Assembly: GCA_964514965.1 (NCBI GenBank)
Contig: CAZETV010000001.1
Span: 963,063 to 995,062 of the forward strand
Origin: Candidatus Hadarchaeota archaeon
GTDB taxonomy: Archaea > Hadarchaeota > Hadarchaeia > Hadarchaeales > Hadarchaeaceae
DNA length: 32,000 nucleotides
Direction of reading: 5' to 3'
The notes under the pieces were generated by a model. That model made no database searches, was not told the DNA's origin, and saw only the letters and a list, made by a program, of their open reading frames with translations. This document shows positions 1 through 8,033 of the stretch, in pieces. A program made the position numbers and the translations under genes. How positions within the stretch are numbered: the first letter of the stretch is position 1; every line of letters begins with the position of its first letter.

Positions 1-461
1 TCGGCGGGGACAATATCGCCTAGACGGACGCGAACAACATCTCCCGGCACGAGTTCCTTGGCAGGCAATTGAATCCATTTGCCATCGCGCAAAACCCTCG
101 CATTTGGGGCTAGTTTCTGTTTCAATAATTCAATGGCATTTTCTGCCTTGTGCTCCTGCCAGAACCCGACTACCCCGTTCAGAACCAGCAGGGAAAAGAT
201 TATCACAAAGTCCTCCCAGCGCCCGATAGCTGCCGAGATTACCAGTGCAACTTCGATCATCCACGGTATCGGGCCCCAGAAATAGCCCAGAAACTTGAGA
301 TAGGGGTTTACCTTCTTTTCAAGTAGCTCATTAGGACCGTATTGCTCCAGCCGACTCTTTGCCTCTGAAGAGGAAAGTCCCTTTTCGCTGGAGGAAAGTT
401 TCTTAAACAGTTCATCTATACTGATACCTTTCGCATCTTGTGCCTTCATCGTACTTTTCAT
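1..461 (-). CDS. P-type (proton-efflux/P3A-like) cation-transporting ATPase, N-terminal part; runs off window start
   Basis: Manual reverse-strand translation: MKSTMKAQDAKGISIDELFKKLSSSEKGLSSSEAKSRLEQYGPNELLEKKVNPYLKFLGYFWGPIPWMIEVALVISAAIGRWEDFVIIFSLLVLNGVVGFWQEHKAENAIELLKQKLAPNARVLRDGKWIQLPAKELVPGDVVRVRLGDIVPA. Typical cation-ATPase N-domain, TM1-2 and actuator start. The start could also be 449. Confidence 0.93.
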   Translation of the reverse strand, partial: MKSTMKAQDAKGISIDELFKKLSSSEKGLSSSEAKSRLEQYGPNELLEKKVNPYLKFLGYFWGPIPWMIEVALVISAAIGRWEDFVIIFSLLVLNGVVGFWQEHKAENAIELLKQKLAPNARVLRDGKWIQLPAKELVPGDVVRVRLGDIVPA

Positions 462-509
462 GGGATAAACGCCTCTTAAGTAGCTTTTATCATATCCTCT
501 TGCTGATGA

Positions 510-743
510 TTACTTCACAGTTATGCATGTGCAGTGAGCATGATTACATACTTTAGTTGAAACGCTCCCCATAAACACCTTTGAGAACCTACCCTGACCG
601 CGATTCCCCATAACTATCAGGCCCACTCTCTTCTTTTTTGCCAAAGCAAGAGTCAATTCAACCGCTTTCTTAGAATGTTCTGAACCATCCAATGCAACTA
701 GTATCCTACGCAGGGAGAATTTTACAAGCTTCTTGTTTTTCAA
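510..743 (-). pseudogene. Internally deleted universal stress protein (UspA family)
   Basis: Protein has the UspA N-terminus (RRILVALDGSEHSKKAVELTLALAKKK) joined directly to the C-terminal nucleotide-binding motif (VGLIVMGNRGQGRFSKVFMGSVSTKV). About 70-80 residues of the middle are missing. Confidence 0.75.
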
Positions 744-779
744 TAACTGACCCTTTTTTATTATATGGATATTAGCTTA

Positions 780-1604
780 TTAAGCATAAATTCTGGATTT
801 GGATATTTTTCTGGCTTCTTCCATAATTTTATTCAAACTGTCTTGAGGCAATTCTGTCATTTTTTTCAGGCGCTCAAATCCGTAGTCGAGCAGATCCTTT
901 GTCAGCATTATCCCTGCTTGAAACAATCGATCCTTCGCGAACCCCTTGACAGACCTCAAAATTGTAATAGGATAAATTTTCTTCTCCTCTATCATCCTCT
1001 CCAAGCTCTCCATTCGCGGGTGTCTCCAGCTCGTGATTTTCAAGCCGGCGCATCTTGCATACTTCCTCGCCTCACCCGTTAATTTGGTATTGCAGACCAG
1101 CCAGGCGTGGTCAAAATCATCGCCTAAATCCAAGAATCTCGCGTGGGTGTACATGGCAACTTTCAAATCGGTGTATATCCCGAGGGCGTTGTGGTACTTG
1201 CACTCCACCAGATAACGTTTGGCGTCCTTTTCCGCGACGATGTCAATCTCGTGGTCAACACACTTGCCCCGGATGACCTGCCCCACCTTGGTCTTGTAGC
1301 CGTAATTTTGAAGCAGTTCGGCGACGAACTTTTCAAAGGGGAAACCGGTGGGGCCGAGGGTCATGATCGCCCTCTTCAGGTCGTATCTGATGGCGGCTTC
1401 CGGTTCCTTTTTGAGCAGTTTGAGGGTGAGGTTCAGGACCTCTCTGGTGGTTATCCCGTCGTAGGCTCTCTTCTCGACTTCTTTCGCGATCCTATCGGCC
1501 AGCTCTCTTGATGCCCCCGCCCTCAGGCAGGTTTTCCTGACCTTTTCGACATCGAGTTCTTCTTTTTCCCCCGATGCCTTTATCACGTACATTTCGACAC
1601 TCAT
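780..1604 (-). CDS. ATP-cone domain + Mrr/restriction-endonuclease-like (PD-(D/E)XK) domain protein with C-terminal helix-hairpin-helix-like segment
   Basis: ATP-cone start (MYVIKASGEKEELDVEKVRKTCLRAGAS), nuclease-like core (VDHEIDIVAEKDAKRYLVECKYHN), C-terminal LTKDLLDYGFERLKKMTELPQDSLNKIMEEA. The track ORF extends to 1727 but Met42 (1604) is the plausible start. Confidence 0.8.
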   Translation of the reverse strand: MSVEMYVIKASGEKEELDVEKVRKTCLRAGASRELADRIAKEVEKRAYDGITTREVLNLTLKLLKKEPEAAIRYDLKRAIMTLGPTGFPFEKFVAELLQNYGYKTKVGQVIRGKCVDHEIDIVAEKDAKRYLVECKYHNALGIYTDLKVAMYTHARFLDLGDDFDHAWLVCNTKLTGEARKYARCAGLKITSWRHPRMESLERMIEEKKIYPITILRSVKGFAKDRLFQAGIMLTKDLLDYGFERLKKMTELPQDSLNKIMEEARKISKSRIYA

Positions 1605-1708
1605 GCTTACGATTTCACGCGAATGGATAAATTTTTCGCAATAGGTGTAAAAATAACTGAAATTCAAGACGCTTGAATTCAGCAGATGATGGAGATATTT
1701 AGGATGGA

Positions 1709-1745
1709 GGTACAAACCTGGGTTCAAACTCTTAATACCACACCA
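1709..1745 (+). repeat. Imperfect direct repeat copy 1 (ggtacaaacctgggttcaaactcttaataccacacca), possible archaeal BRE/TATA-like promoter
   Basis: Matches 3402-3437 over ~36 nt with few differences and one gap; contains CAAACTCTTAATA. Confidence 0.5.
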
Positions 1746-1979
1746 TATGCATTCTGAAGTAGTTTAGGCATTTTCAGAGGAGATTTCCGGAAATCTCCCA
1801 GAATTTTGCTGGAAATTTTTTGGAGATAAAAAGTGGCTAAACTTCTGGATTTGTACCCACACTAATCGTTTTGAGGACCATGCATAAGTATAAATTCCTA
1901 GCCGAGAATCTACCGTTGAAAAAAGATTAATAAAACGAAAACTGTATATAGTTATTGTTGCGTATTATCTAAAGATAGT

Positions 1980-2369
1980 ATGCAAGCTGAAGAGCAGATT
2001 GTGGAGATGTTAAAGAGGATCAGCGAGGACCTCCATGCCATTAGAAGGCACACCAACCGCTTAGTTAGGGACTCCTACAGACATGAGCTAGAAAGGATTG
2101 CGAGCACCCCTGAACGTCAAGAAATATGGCGCCTATGCGATGGAACACTGAGCACCGAAGAGATAGCGAAAAGAGTGGGAATATCTGTAAGAACTGTTCA
2201 ATACTTCGTCCAAGAAGCCGAGAAGGCGGGGCTACTGGTTTCGGTAAGGAGAAGTTATTCAAGAAGAACTGAGGATTATGACGAGATTCCTTCAGAATGG
2301 AAACCGTACAAAAAGCATACATTGCCAAAAGAGGTGGCGACTGAACAATCGTTAAGGAGGGAGTTATGA
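1980..2369 (+). CDS. Small HTH DNA-binding protein (accessory cassette ORF1)
   Basis: 129 aa; HTH-like segment LCDGTLSTEEIAKRVGISVRTVQYFVQEAEKAGLL. Confidence 0.7.
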   Translation: MQAEEQIVEMLKRISEDLHAIRRHTNRLVRDSYRHELERIASTPERQEIWRLCDGTLSTEEIAKRVGISVRTVQYFVQEAEKAGLLVSVRRSYSRRTEDYDEIPSEWKPYKKHTLPKEVATEQSLRREL

Positions 2370-2741
2370 ATGAGTTTGGAAGCCAGAGATGACCAGAAGA
2401 AGGTCATTGAACTACTGAGCGAACTCGCAAAATGGACAAGGTTCGAAGGAGTTCAGAAGGCCCGCCAAGTTCTCATGGAAACTCTAAAGAAAGACTCAGA
2501 GAAGCTTGCCTATCATTATAGTGACGGACGAGGTTCAGCCGAAGTGGCTAAGCTTACTGGTATTAGTGATTTCGCGGTCAGAAGTTACTGGAAAAAGTGG
2601 GCAACACTTGGGCTAGTCGTCCCCTCTGAGAAGTTTAAGGGTAGATATAAGCGGGTTTTTTCATTGGAAGACCTTGGTATTGAACTACCTTTGAAAAAGC
2701 AGAAGGGGACAACAGAGAAAAGCCCGGAGGTGAAATTGTGA
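2370..2741 (+). CDS. Small HTH DNA-binding protein (accessory cassette ORF2)
   Basis: 123 aa; HTH-like YSDGRGSAEVAKLTGISDFAVRSYWKKWATLGLV, same architecture as ORF1; directly adjoins ORF1. Confidence 0.7.
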   Translation: MSLEARDDQKKVIELLSELAKWTRFEGVQKARQVLMETLKKDSEKLAYHYSDGRGSAEVAKLTGISDFAVRSYWKKWATLGLVVPSEKFKGRYKRVFSLEDLGIELPLKKQKGTTEKSPEVKL

Positions 2742-2881
2742 TGACAAACGCCAAATCCATGTCGCAATTTGAAACATTGATGCTGGACAAGCTAGACCAA
2801 CTTATAGAGAGGTTGAATTCATACCAATTTCTCTCCCTAGAAAAATGGCTGACGCTAAGCAAATTACCGTTGACGACATAG
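2741..2881 (+). CDS. 46-aa mini-ORF, translationally coupled (accessory cassette ORF3)
   Basis: Manual translation: MTNAKSMSQFETLMLDKLDQLIERLNSYQFLSLEKWLTLSKLPLTT*. ATG overlaps the upstream stop (TGATG); the 3' end overlaps ORF4 start in another frame. Confidence 0.45.
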   Translation: MTNAKSMSQFETLMLDKLDQLIERLNSYQFLSLEKWLTLSKLPLTT

Positions 2882-3354
2882 ACTCATTCTCTAGGGTTCG
2901 GAATCAACCATCAAACCAAGATGCCATCCCTATCGATGAAAGGATGTTCAAAGAGGGATTAAAGAGAATCTTAGGAGAGGAAGGAAATTTCCAAGATTGG
3001 GGCGGAGAGTCTGATGATTTATTTTCAACACGCTTAATGATGAAAGGAGAAAGGAGGAACGTGGCCTTTGGACTAAAAGGAAAAGGAACAACAGGCATAC
3101 TCACTCCTAAGAAAATGGGAAAACGGGGCGATCAGATACAAAAGCTTTTCAGGGCACCGGCGGATGTCTTCATAGTTCAGTACTGGAATCAAATCGATGA
3201 GAGCATCATTGAGCAAATGAAAAATTTCGCCATTGCGAAATCCGTATTGGAACAGAGAAGAATCTATCATGGAGTGATTGATGGAAAAGATACCCAGCGT
3301 ATTATTGCAAATTATCCTGAGTTTTTCTTGAATGTCCAGTCTGCTACAAATTAA
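2845..3354 (+). CDS. Uncharacterised 169-aa protein, possible PD-(D/E)XK-type nuclease (accessory cassette ORF4)
   Basis: Segment DWGGESDDLFSTRLMMKGERRNVAFGLKGKGTTGILTPKKMG resembles an acidic...(D/E)xK core; followed by ADVFIVQYWNQIDESIIEQM. Nuclease assignment is weak. Confidence 0.6.
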   Translation: MADAKQITVDDIDSFSRVRNQPSNQDAIPIDERMFKEGLKRILGEEGNFQDWGGESDDLFSTRLMMKGERRNVAFGLKGKGTTGILTPKKMGKRGDQIQKLFRAPADVFIVQYWNQIDESIIEQMKNFAIAKSVLEQRRIYHGVIDGKDTQRIIANYPEFFLNVQSATN

Positions 3355-3401
3355 ATTAATGTCAGAACGAAAGAAAGTGAGTAGGAAGATTTATTCTAGA
3401 G

Positions 3402-3437
3402 GGTACAAATCCGGTACAAACTCTTAATATCGCACCA
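3402..3437 (+). repeat. Imperfect direct repeat copy 2 (ggtacaaatccggtacaaactcttaatatcgcacca)
   Basis: See 1709-1745; lies just downstream of the 1980-3354 cassette. Confidence 0.5.
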
Positions 3438-3539
3438 CTTTGGTGTAGTTAACTTATCCCCTTCTTTTTTTTAACTGCTCTAAAACGAGCGGTGCCTTAG
3501 AGCCACTAGACTTGTATAAGCAAGTGATTAGCGACTTTC

Positions 3540-3567
3540 AAAAAGTCCCCACGGGGCTTGACTTTTT
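3540..3567 (+). promoter_or_regulatory. Stem-loop AAAAAGTC-CCC-ACG-GGG-CTT-GACTTTTT upstream of the 3613 ORF
   Basis: 8-bp perfect outer arms (3540-3547 / 3560-3567) plus inner CCC/GGG pairing, read directly. Confidence 0.45.
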
Positions 3568-3612
3568 AAACACGTGCCCTATTTTTTAAACAGACTCCGT
3601 GGAGGCTGAAAG

Positions 3613-4296
3613 ATGAAATCAGAAAAGATTAGGACTGTCACGATAATAGGCGGTACAGTCACCGTTTTTGTAGTTGTTGTCGCTTTAGGTTATTTACTTA
3701 ATATTCCAATTTCTGAGAGTCTTCTTATTATTGCTATTCTCACCTTCGCTTTTACAACTTGGCAGACATATTTAGCGAGAAAAGCATTGCGTGGGGAGAC
3801 TTACGAAAGACCTCCGCTTAGACGAGTGGGCTTCCTTAAACCTTTGCCCAAATATGAATCTGATGTTGGGCATGATAATCGCGTTCGTTTTAATAAAATG
3901 GTTGAGGGAGACAATTGGATTTTCGAGGAAGTTACACTTCCAAAAAATAGCCAAGTAAATCTAGCAATTACTTGGTGCACCAAAGAAAAACAGTCCTTAC
4001 AACACGTGCGAGTGGGTTTTGGATTGGGACACAAAGTGAAACCAAGAATTGTTAGAAGCGTGCCTTGGTGGGCTGCTAAAGATATCAATCCTCTAAAACC
4101 CATCGAATACATCGACCTAGATGGTTATTATCACATTGAATATCGGATTTCTCGAAAGTTCGGAAAAGGGGCTCCGTTTATTGCTGGATTCAGGATTGAA
4201 ACTGGAAGTCGCAGAGAGTATCGTTTCTGTGTTAACGTATACTCTGAAGAAGCGAAAGAGTCATTCGAGAAGATTTTGAAGGTCACCGTAGAGTGA
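3613..4296 (+). CDS. Membrane-anchored protein of unknown function (two N-terminal TM helices, soluble C-terminal domain)
   Basis: 227 aa; hydrophobic TVTIIGGTVTVFVVVVALGYLL and ESLLIIAILTFAFTTWQTYLA. Confidence 0.65.
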   Translation: MKSEKIRTVTIIGGTVTVFVVVVALGYLLNIPISESLLIIAILTFAFTTWQTYLARKALRGETYERPPLRRVGFLKPLPKYESDVGHDNRVRFNKMVEGDNWIFEEVTLPKNSQVNLAITWCTKEKQSLQHVRVGFGLGHKVKPRIVRSVPWWAAKDINPLKPIEYIDLDGYYHIEYRISRKFGKGAPFIAGFRIETGSRREYRFCVNVYSEEAKESFEKILKVTVE

Positions 4297-4365
4297 TGAC
4301 ATCTTGGAGATGATTACCTGCGATATCGAGTCAAGATTGGTCACCATAAACATGGCGGGTCTAGC

Positions 4366-5169
4366 ATGGACAGGTTTAGAAAGTTTATCAAATTTGTCAG
4401 GCGCGAGCCTAGAAATAAAACCCATTATTCAAAACCCGAGAAAGACATTTGGCAAATTAATCTTATCAAATCAATTGAAAAAGAAGAGCGCGTGAGAATC
4501 AAACTCACTAATACATCAGTGCCCCACTATCGTTGGTTCTTTGACGAGATTCGCCTCCCACTTCGTAACATCGAAAATGCCAGCAAGAAAGATTTGCTGT
4601 CAACAACTTATCACGAAGTGGGACACGCAAAGACGAAAATAAAAAGCGTAATAGATTTTTTTGCAATCTTAATGACATCTCTTGTTTCAATCGCGTCCGC
4701 ATTTATAGCTCTAGGTATACTTGCCCTGCGTTCGTCGCCTTTTTGGGGGATGTTTATTGCGGTTTACCTCCTGATTTTGGTTCTTATCCTTCCGTTGATA
4801 ATGGTAGTAGTGTTACTCCGACCTATTAGAGGGGCTTTCGTTGGTTCGGTTATTTTCACGTTATACCTACTTATCCCAATTATTCTCGCTCCGTTCTCAT
4901 CTTTTATCGTGGTTTTCTTCAGTGCGGCGTTCTCAGCACTCTTTGCCGCATCCGTGAGGCTAAAGGACTCAGTTTCTGAATGGCGGGCTGATATTTTTGC
5001 GGCCAAGAAAATTGGTGCAGAGCGACACTTCAAAGCTAAGCCATGGTGGACAAAAGCTCGCCGCAAGAAAATTACATCGTGGCAACGTTTTTGGTTCAAA
5101 ATTTTTATGCCGTATTATGTTTGCTCGCTTGAAAAGCGGATTTCAATCATTTCGAAACACTTAAAATAA
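4366..5169 (+). CDS. M48-like membrane metalloprotease
   Basis: HExxH in TTYHEVGHAKTK, several hydrophobic helices, then EWRADIFAAKKIG matching the third-ligand ExxxD-type motif of M48 peptidases. Confidence 0.6.
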   Translation: MDRFRKFIKFVRREPRNKTHYSKPEKDIWQINLIKSIEKEERVRIKLTNTSVPHYRWFFDEIRLPLRNIENASKKDLLSTTYHEVGHAKTKIKSVIDFFAILMTSLVSIASAFIALGILALRSSPFWGMFIAVYLLILVLILPLIMVVVLLRPIRGAFVGSVIFTLYLLIPIILAPFSSFIVVFFSAAFSALFAASVRLKDSVSEWRADIFAAKKIGAERHFKAKPWWTKARRKKITSWQRFWFKIFMPYYVCSLEKRISIISKHLK

Positions 5170-5257
5170 ATCTGGCGGTGGAACCTCCCAGATGACTCAG
5201 CCGGAGTATCTACAATATTTTTTTCGAAAATAAACAGTAGGTCCACTAAGTTGTGCG

Positions 5258-6058
5258 TTAGGAGTGTATTGGCACACTTTCATGTTGTCTTATTAATTTT
5301 AAACTCATTTCTAACATGAGATGAATTAAAAAGACACATTCATCTACTCCAAGATTTTCCAAATTCCGGCCATGAGCAGGATCTGATATTTCACCATAAA
5401 GACCTTTCATAATTTTGCTTATATTTGCAGATAGTTGAATTTCTCTTTCGAGAACATCAAAGTTACTTCTCATAACCGTACTTACAGCCCTATTACGCGC
5501 TCTCAGAATTTCTTTTACCAGATGCTCATACCCTGCTCTAAAGTTGACTAATGCAAGTTGGAAATTTTTTGATATCGACTCGAACCCCCTCCCGAACAAC
5601 CTTAAACTAAGGTTGAAACCATTTTTTTGCAAACATTTTTTTAATTCATTTACTTCTTCTGGAAGTTTTTTAGTAGGCATTGTTCCAAGCGGTATGAGCC
5701 CAGCATTTTCATCATACTTAAAACCATCTCTTACTAAACACTGATTGATTAGCTTAATGTTATTTGACCAGGGGATAATCATCTTAATGTTAGCCCTGAT
5801 TAACTCTGTGACAAACGGAATCATATCTTGAATCCTTTCGTTATTATTAAGGTTATGCAGGATAGCCTCTAATTTTGCTACTTTACTAGATGAAGTTTTA
5901 TCTATTCCTTCAAGTAAAGTTGTATAGTCATCTTCAGTTTTTATTATTTCAAGTTTTTTAAGTATTCCTTTGATGCAGTATTCCGTTATATCACTACATT
6001 TTTCGGCGATAATTTGAATTGATGCGGTACTGATTACAGATGAATATTCGTCACTCAA
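5258..6058 (-). CDS. Uncharacterised protein with C-terminal HEPN/Abi-C-like segment; likely partner of the 6084-6548 membrane protein
   Basis: C-terminus GLYGEISDPAHGRNLENLGVDECVFLIHLMLEMSLKLI resembles Abi-C-type sequences. Start proposed at TTG 6058 (LSDEYSSVIS) preceded by AAAGAGGAGGTAAAA; the track's 6169 start would overlap the upstream gene. Confidence 0.55.
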   Translation of the reverse strand: MSDEYSSVISTASIQIIAEKCSDITEYCIKGILKKLEIIKTEDDYTTLLEGIDKTSSSKVAKLEAILHNLNNNERIQDMIPFVTELIRANIKMIIPWSNNIKLINQCLVRDGFKYDENAGLIPLGTMPTKKLPEEVNELKKCLQKNGFNLSLRLFGRGFESISKNFQLALVNFRAGYEHLVKEILRARNRAVSTVMRSNFDVLEREIQLSANISKIMKGLYGEISDPAHGRNLENLGVDECVFLIHLMLEMSLKLIRQHESVPIHS

Positions 6059-6083
6059 TTTTACCTCCTCTTTTGACCATTTT

Positions 6084-6548
6084 CTAATAATACATGAATA
6101 CCAGAATGAAAAAGAGAACAATCCCGCCAATAACCAAAATTGCTGAACGTAGTATTTTATTATTTTCAAGAGATGCGACTAAAGAGTTCTTTTCTATGTT
6201 TAATTGGCCTTTTGCTAACCTAAACTCATTACTTAGTCTTTCCTCAACTTTTCCTGCCATTTTTAATGCTAATTTTTTTGAGCTGAACGAACGTAGAGCT
6301 ATTTTGAAAACACAATACACTAACGCCATAACGATAGCAACTAAGGGTATCAACAAAAGCAAATAAAACTCGAACGTAATATTTTTCGCTAAACTTCTAA
6401 GGATACCGGCCCCTAGAATCACCCCAGCCGCTGTTAAGATTGTTGAAGCTATTTTGGAATTAAACTTATCAAAATACCTATAGCTTTTCATCGCCTGTTC
6501 ATACAAGCGTAGCAGCTTATCTGATTCTTCCTTTTCAGATACTTTCAT
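6084..6548 (-). CDS. Small membrane protein resembling SLATT / Pycsar-TM-type effectors
   Basis: 154 aa: N-terminal helix, TM pair (IASTILTAAGVILGAGIL; FYLLLLIPLVAIVMALVYCVF), long helix, C-terminal TM (ILVIGGIVLFFILVFMYY). Confidence 0.55.
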   Translation of the reverse strand: MKVSEKEESDKLLRLYEQAMKSYRYFDKFNSKIASTILTAAGVILGAGILRSLAKNITFEFYLLLLIPLVAIVMALVYCVFKIALRSFSSKKLALKMAGKVEERLSNEFRLAKGQLNIEKNSLVASLENNKILRSAILVIGGIVLFFILVFMYY

Positions 6549-6567
6549 CAGCGCCCCCCAATTTTAT

Positions 6568-6792
6568 TCATTTCGATGCTCGTGTTACCCTAATCTCTTT
6601 TCGCTTTGGATCCACATCTATTCTCAACAAATCTCCTGACTTGAAGGGAAACGCTGAATCCCTAGCGACCTCAGTGGGCACATAGATGAAGAACTTGTCG
6701 TAAACCTGCTCCCCTGTCTTGGTCGGGCGGTTGATTAGCCTACCCTCACCTTTTAACACCAATTTGCCATCCCTCATTGGAACCACAACCAT
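6568..6792 (-). CDS. Small uncharacterised protein, possibly AbrB/beta-barrel-like
   Basis: MVVVPMRDGKLVLKGEGRLINRPTKTGEQVYDKFFIYVPTEVARDSAFPFKSGDLLRIDVDPKRKEIRV; internal Met used instead of 6819. Confidence 0.45.
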   Translation of the reverse strand: MVVVPMRDGKLVLKGEGRLINRPTKTGEQVYDKFFIYVPTEVARDSAFPFKSGDLLRIDVDPKRKEIRVTRASK

Positions 6793-6981
6793 TTGGGCTA
6801 AACATTTTCCGAATACCACATAGGTAAACTAAATTGGTATCACAAACTATTTAAGTTTGGCCCCGCCAGATTTCAAGGAGATTTCCCGAAAATTGGAGGT
6901 GAGCGAGTTGCACCAGCCAGGCTTCGAGCAAGTCCCCGGGCTCCCGAACGTGCTTCAGCCCGATCAGGATGAGCCTGCGCG

Positions 6982-7167
6982 CTATCTCTTGGCTTTACTG
7001 CGCAGGAGTTCTTCAACAGCCTCCACTCTTAAACGCACCGCTTCTTTGATGAACTCCGCTCTGGAGGTGTATCCGAACTCTGAGTGCTCGACCACCTTAT
7101 CCACCCGGAGCAGCAGGTCCTCTAGTAGCTGGATTGTTTTCCACCGGCGCTTGGAGCTTCCAACCAT
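6982..7167 (-). CDS. Ribbon-helix-helix (CopG-like) protein, antitoxin/regulator type
   Basis: KTIQLLEDLLLRVDKVVEHSEFGYTSRAEFIKEAVRLRVEAVEELL. Confidence 0.55.
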   Translation of the reverse strand: MVGSSKRRWKTIQLLEDLLLRVDKVVEHSEFGYTSRAEFIKEAVRLRVEAVEELLRSKAKR

Positions 7168-7284
7168 TCTCGACCTCCGTGCGGAAGCTGAAAATTGCTT
7201 AGTCGGGCGGGATGTTTGATCCGGTTGGGGGCATCAAGATTTCCCCGTTATAAAGAACCTCCACTCAAAACCTGGGCGGGTGAC

Positions 7285-7596
7285 TTGAAGTCGATAAAAT
7301 CTGTATTCGGGAAAGATGTCGTCCTGGACTCATCGACCATCAAACAGATTTTGAGAGGACACCCGGAAATGGCGAAACTGCGGGACCTGAAGGAGAGCAT
7401 CTCGCTCGCGGTTGCCTGCCCGGACTTTGTCTTCGGGGGGAGGTACGGGGAACACATCGCCGCGAGGAAAATTGAATCTGGGGCCTTCGAGGGCAGGTGG
7501 ATGATGGTGCCCTACGAGGAAGGCGGCAGGGTGAAGACGGCATTTGTGATTTCGAACGTCGAGAAGGTCAAGAAGGCCGTGCTGTGGAAGCGGTGA
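7285..7596 (+). CDS. RNase-toxin-like small protein (DUF4258/PBECR-like), copy A of duplicated module
   Basis: LKSIKSVFGKDVVLDSSTIKQILRGHPEMAKLRDLKESISLAVACPDFVFGGRYGEHIAARKIESGAFEGRWMMVPYEEGGRVKTAFVISNVEKVKKAVLWKR. The TTG start is inferred because homology with copy B covers it; the track ORF begins at 7195. Confidence 0.5.
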   Translation: MKSIKSVFGKDVVLDSSTIKQILRGHPEMAKLRDLKESISLAVACPDFVFGGRYGEHIAARKIESGAFEGRWMMVPYEEGGRVKTAFVISNVEKVKKAVLWKR

Positions 7597-7745
7597 TAAA
7601 TAGCGTACGGGGCATCGACATCTTTTTGATATTCTCTAAGAAAAAGAATGACCGGCAAAAACTGGCTCAGCATTCAGGGCGAGAGAGAAAACAATCGGTG
7701 CATTTTTTTAAGGAGAGTTATTAAAATGTTAAAGGTGGGAAGTGC

Positions 7746-8033
7746 TTGAGCTTTAGATATTGCCCCGGTGTTAAAGACATCGTTGGGCCCGCGCAGATAA
7801 TAACAAGAACCTGCCCCTCCTGTGGTGAGGAAGTGGAGTTTTTCAGCGATGAAAGCGAGAGTAAATGCCCTAAATGTGGGCGCATGCTGCATCGAGAAGC
7901 TACATCGTCCTGCGTAATTCGGTGCCAGTACGCAGAAAAGTGTATAGCCGATCTAAAAGAAAGAGGTCTAATACCACCGTCGAGAGCTGAAGAGCTTAGA
8001 CGTATAGCAAAAAAAAGGGAATCAAATGAATGA
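7746..8033 (+). CDS. Zinc-ribbon protein adjoining the DUF438 gene
   Basis: CPSCGEEVEFFSDESESKCPKCGRMLHRE; TTG start, overlaps 8026 ATG. Confidence 0.65.
   Translation: MSFRYCPGVKDIVGPAQIITRTCPSCGEEVEFFSDESESKCPKCGRMLHREATSSCVIRCQYAEKCIADLKERGLIPPSRAEELRRIAKKRESNE

Noticed and set aside
1709-1745. Possible tRNA 3' end (ggttcaaact ... acacca) as an integration site
   Set aside because: The 5-bp T-stem does not pair and no upstream cloverleaf is visible; a promoter-like repeat is more plausible.
4304-4495. 63-aa ORF preceding the M48-like gene
   Set aside because: Mostly overlaps the start of the 4366-5169 gene in a different frame; weak evidence for translation.
7248-7543. Antisense ORFs across the toxin-like gene (7248-7457 minus; 7340-7543 plus alternate frame)
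   Set aside because: The 7285-7596 frame is supported by homology with copy B; the others show no family signal.
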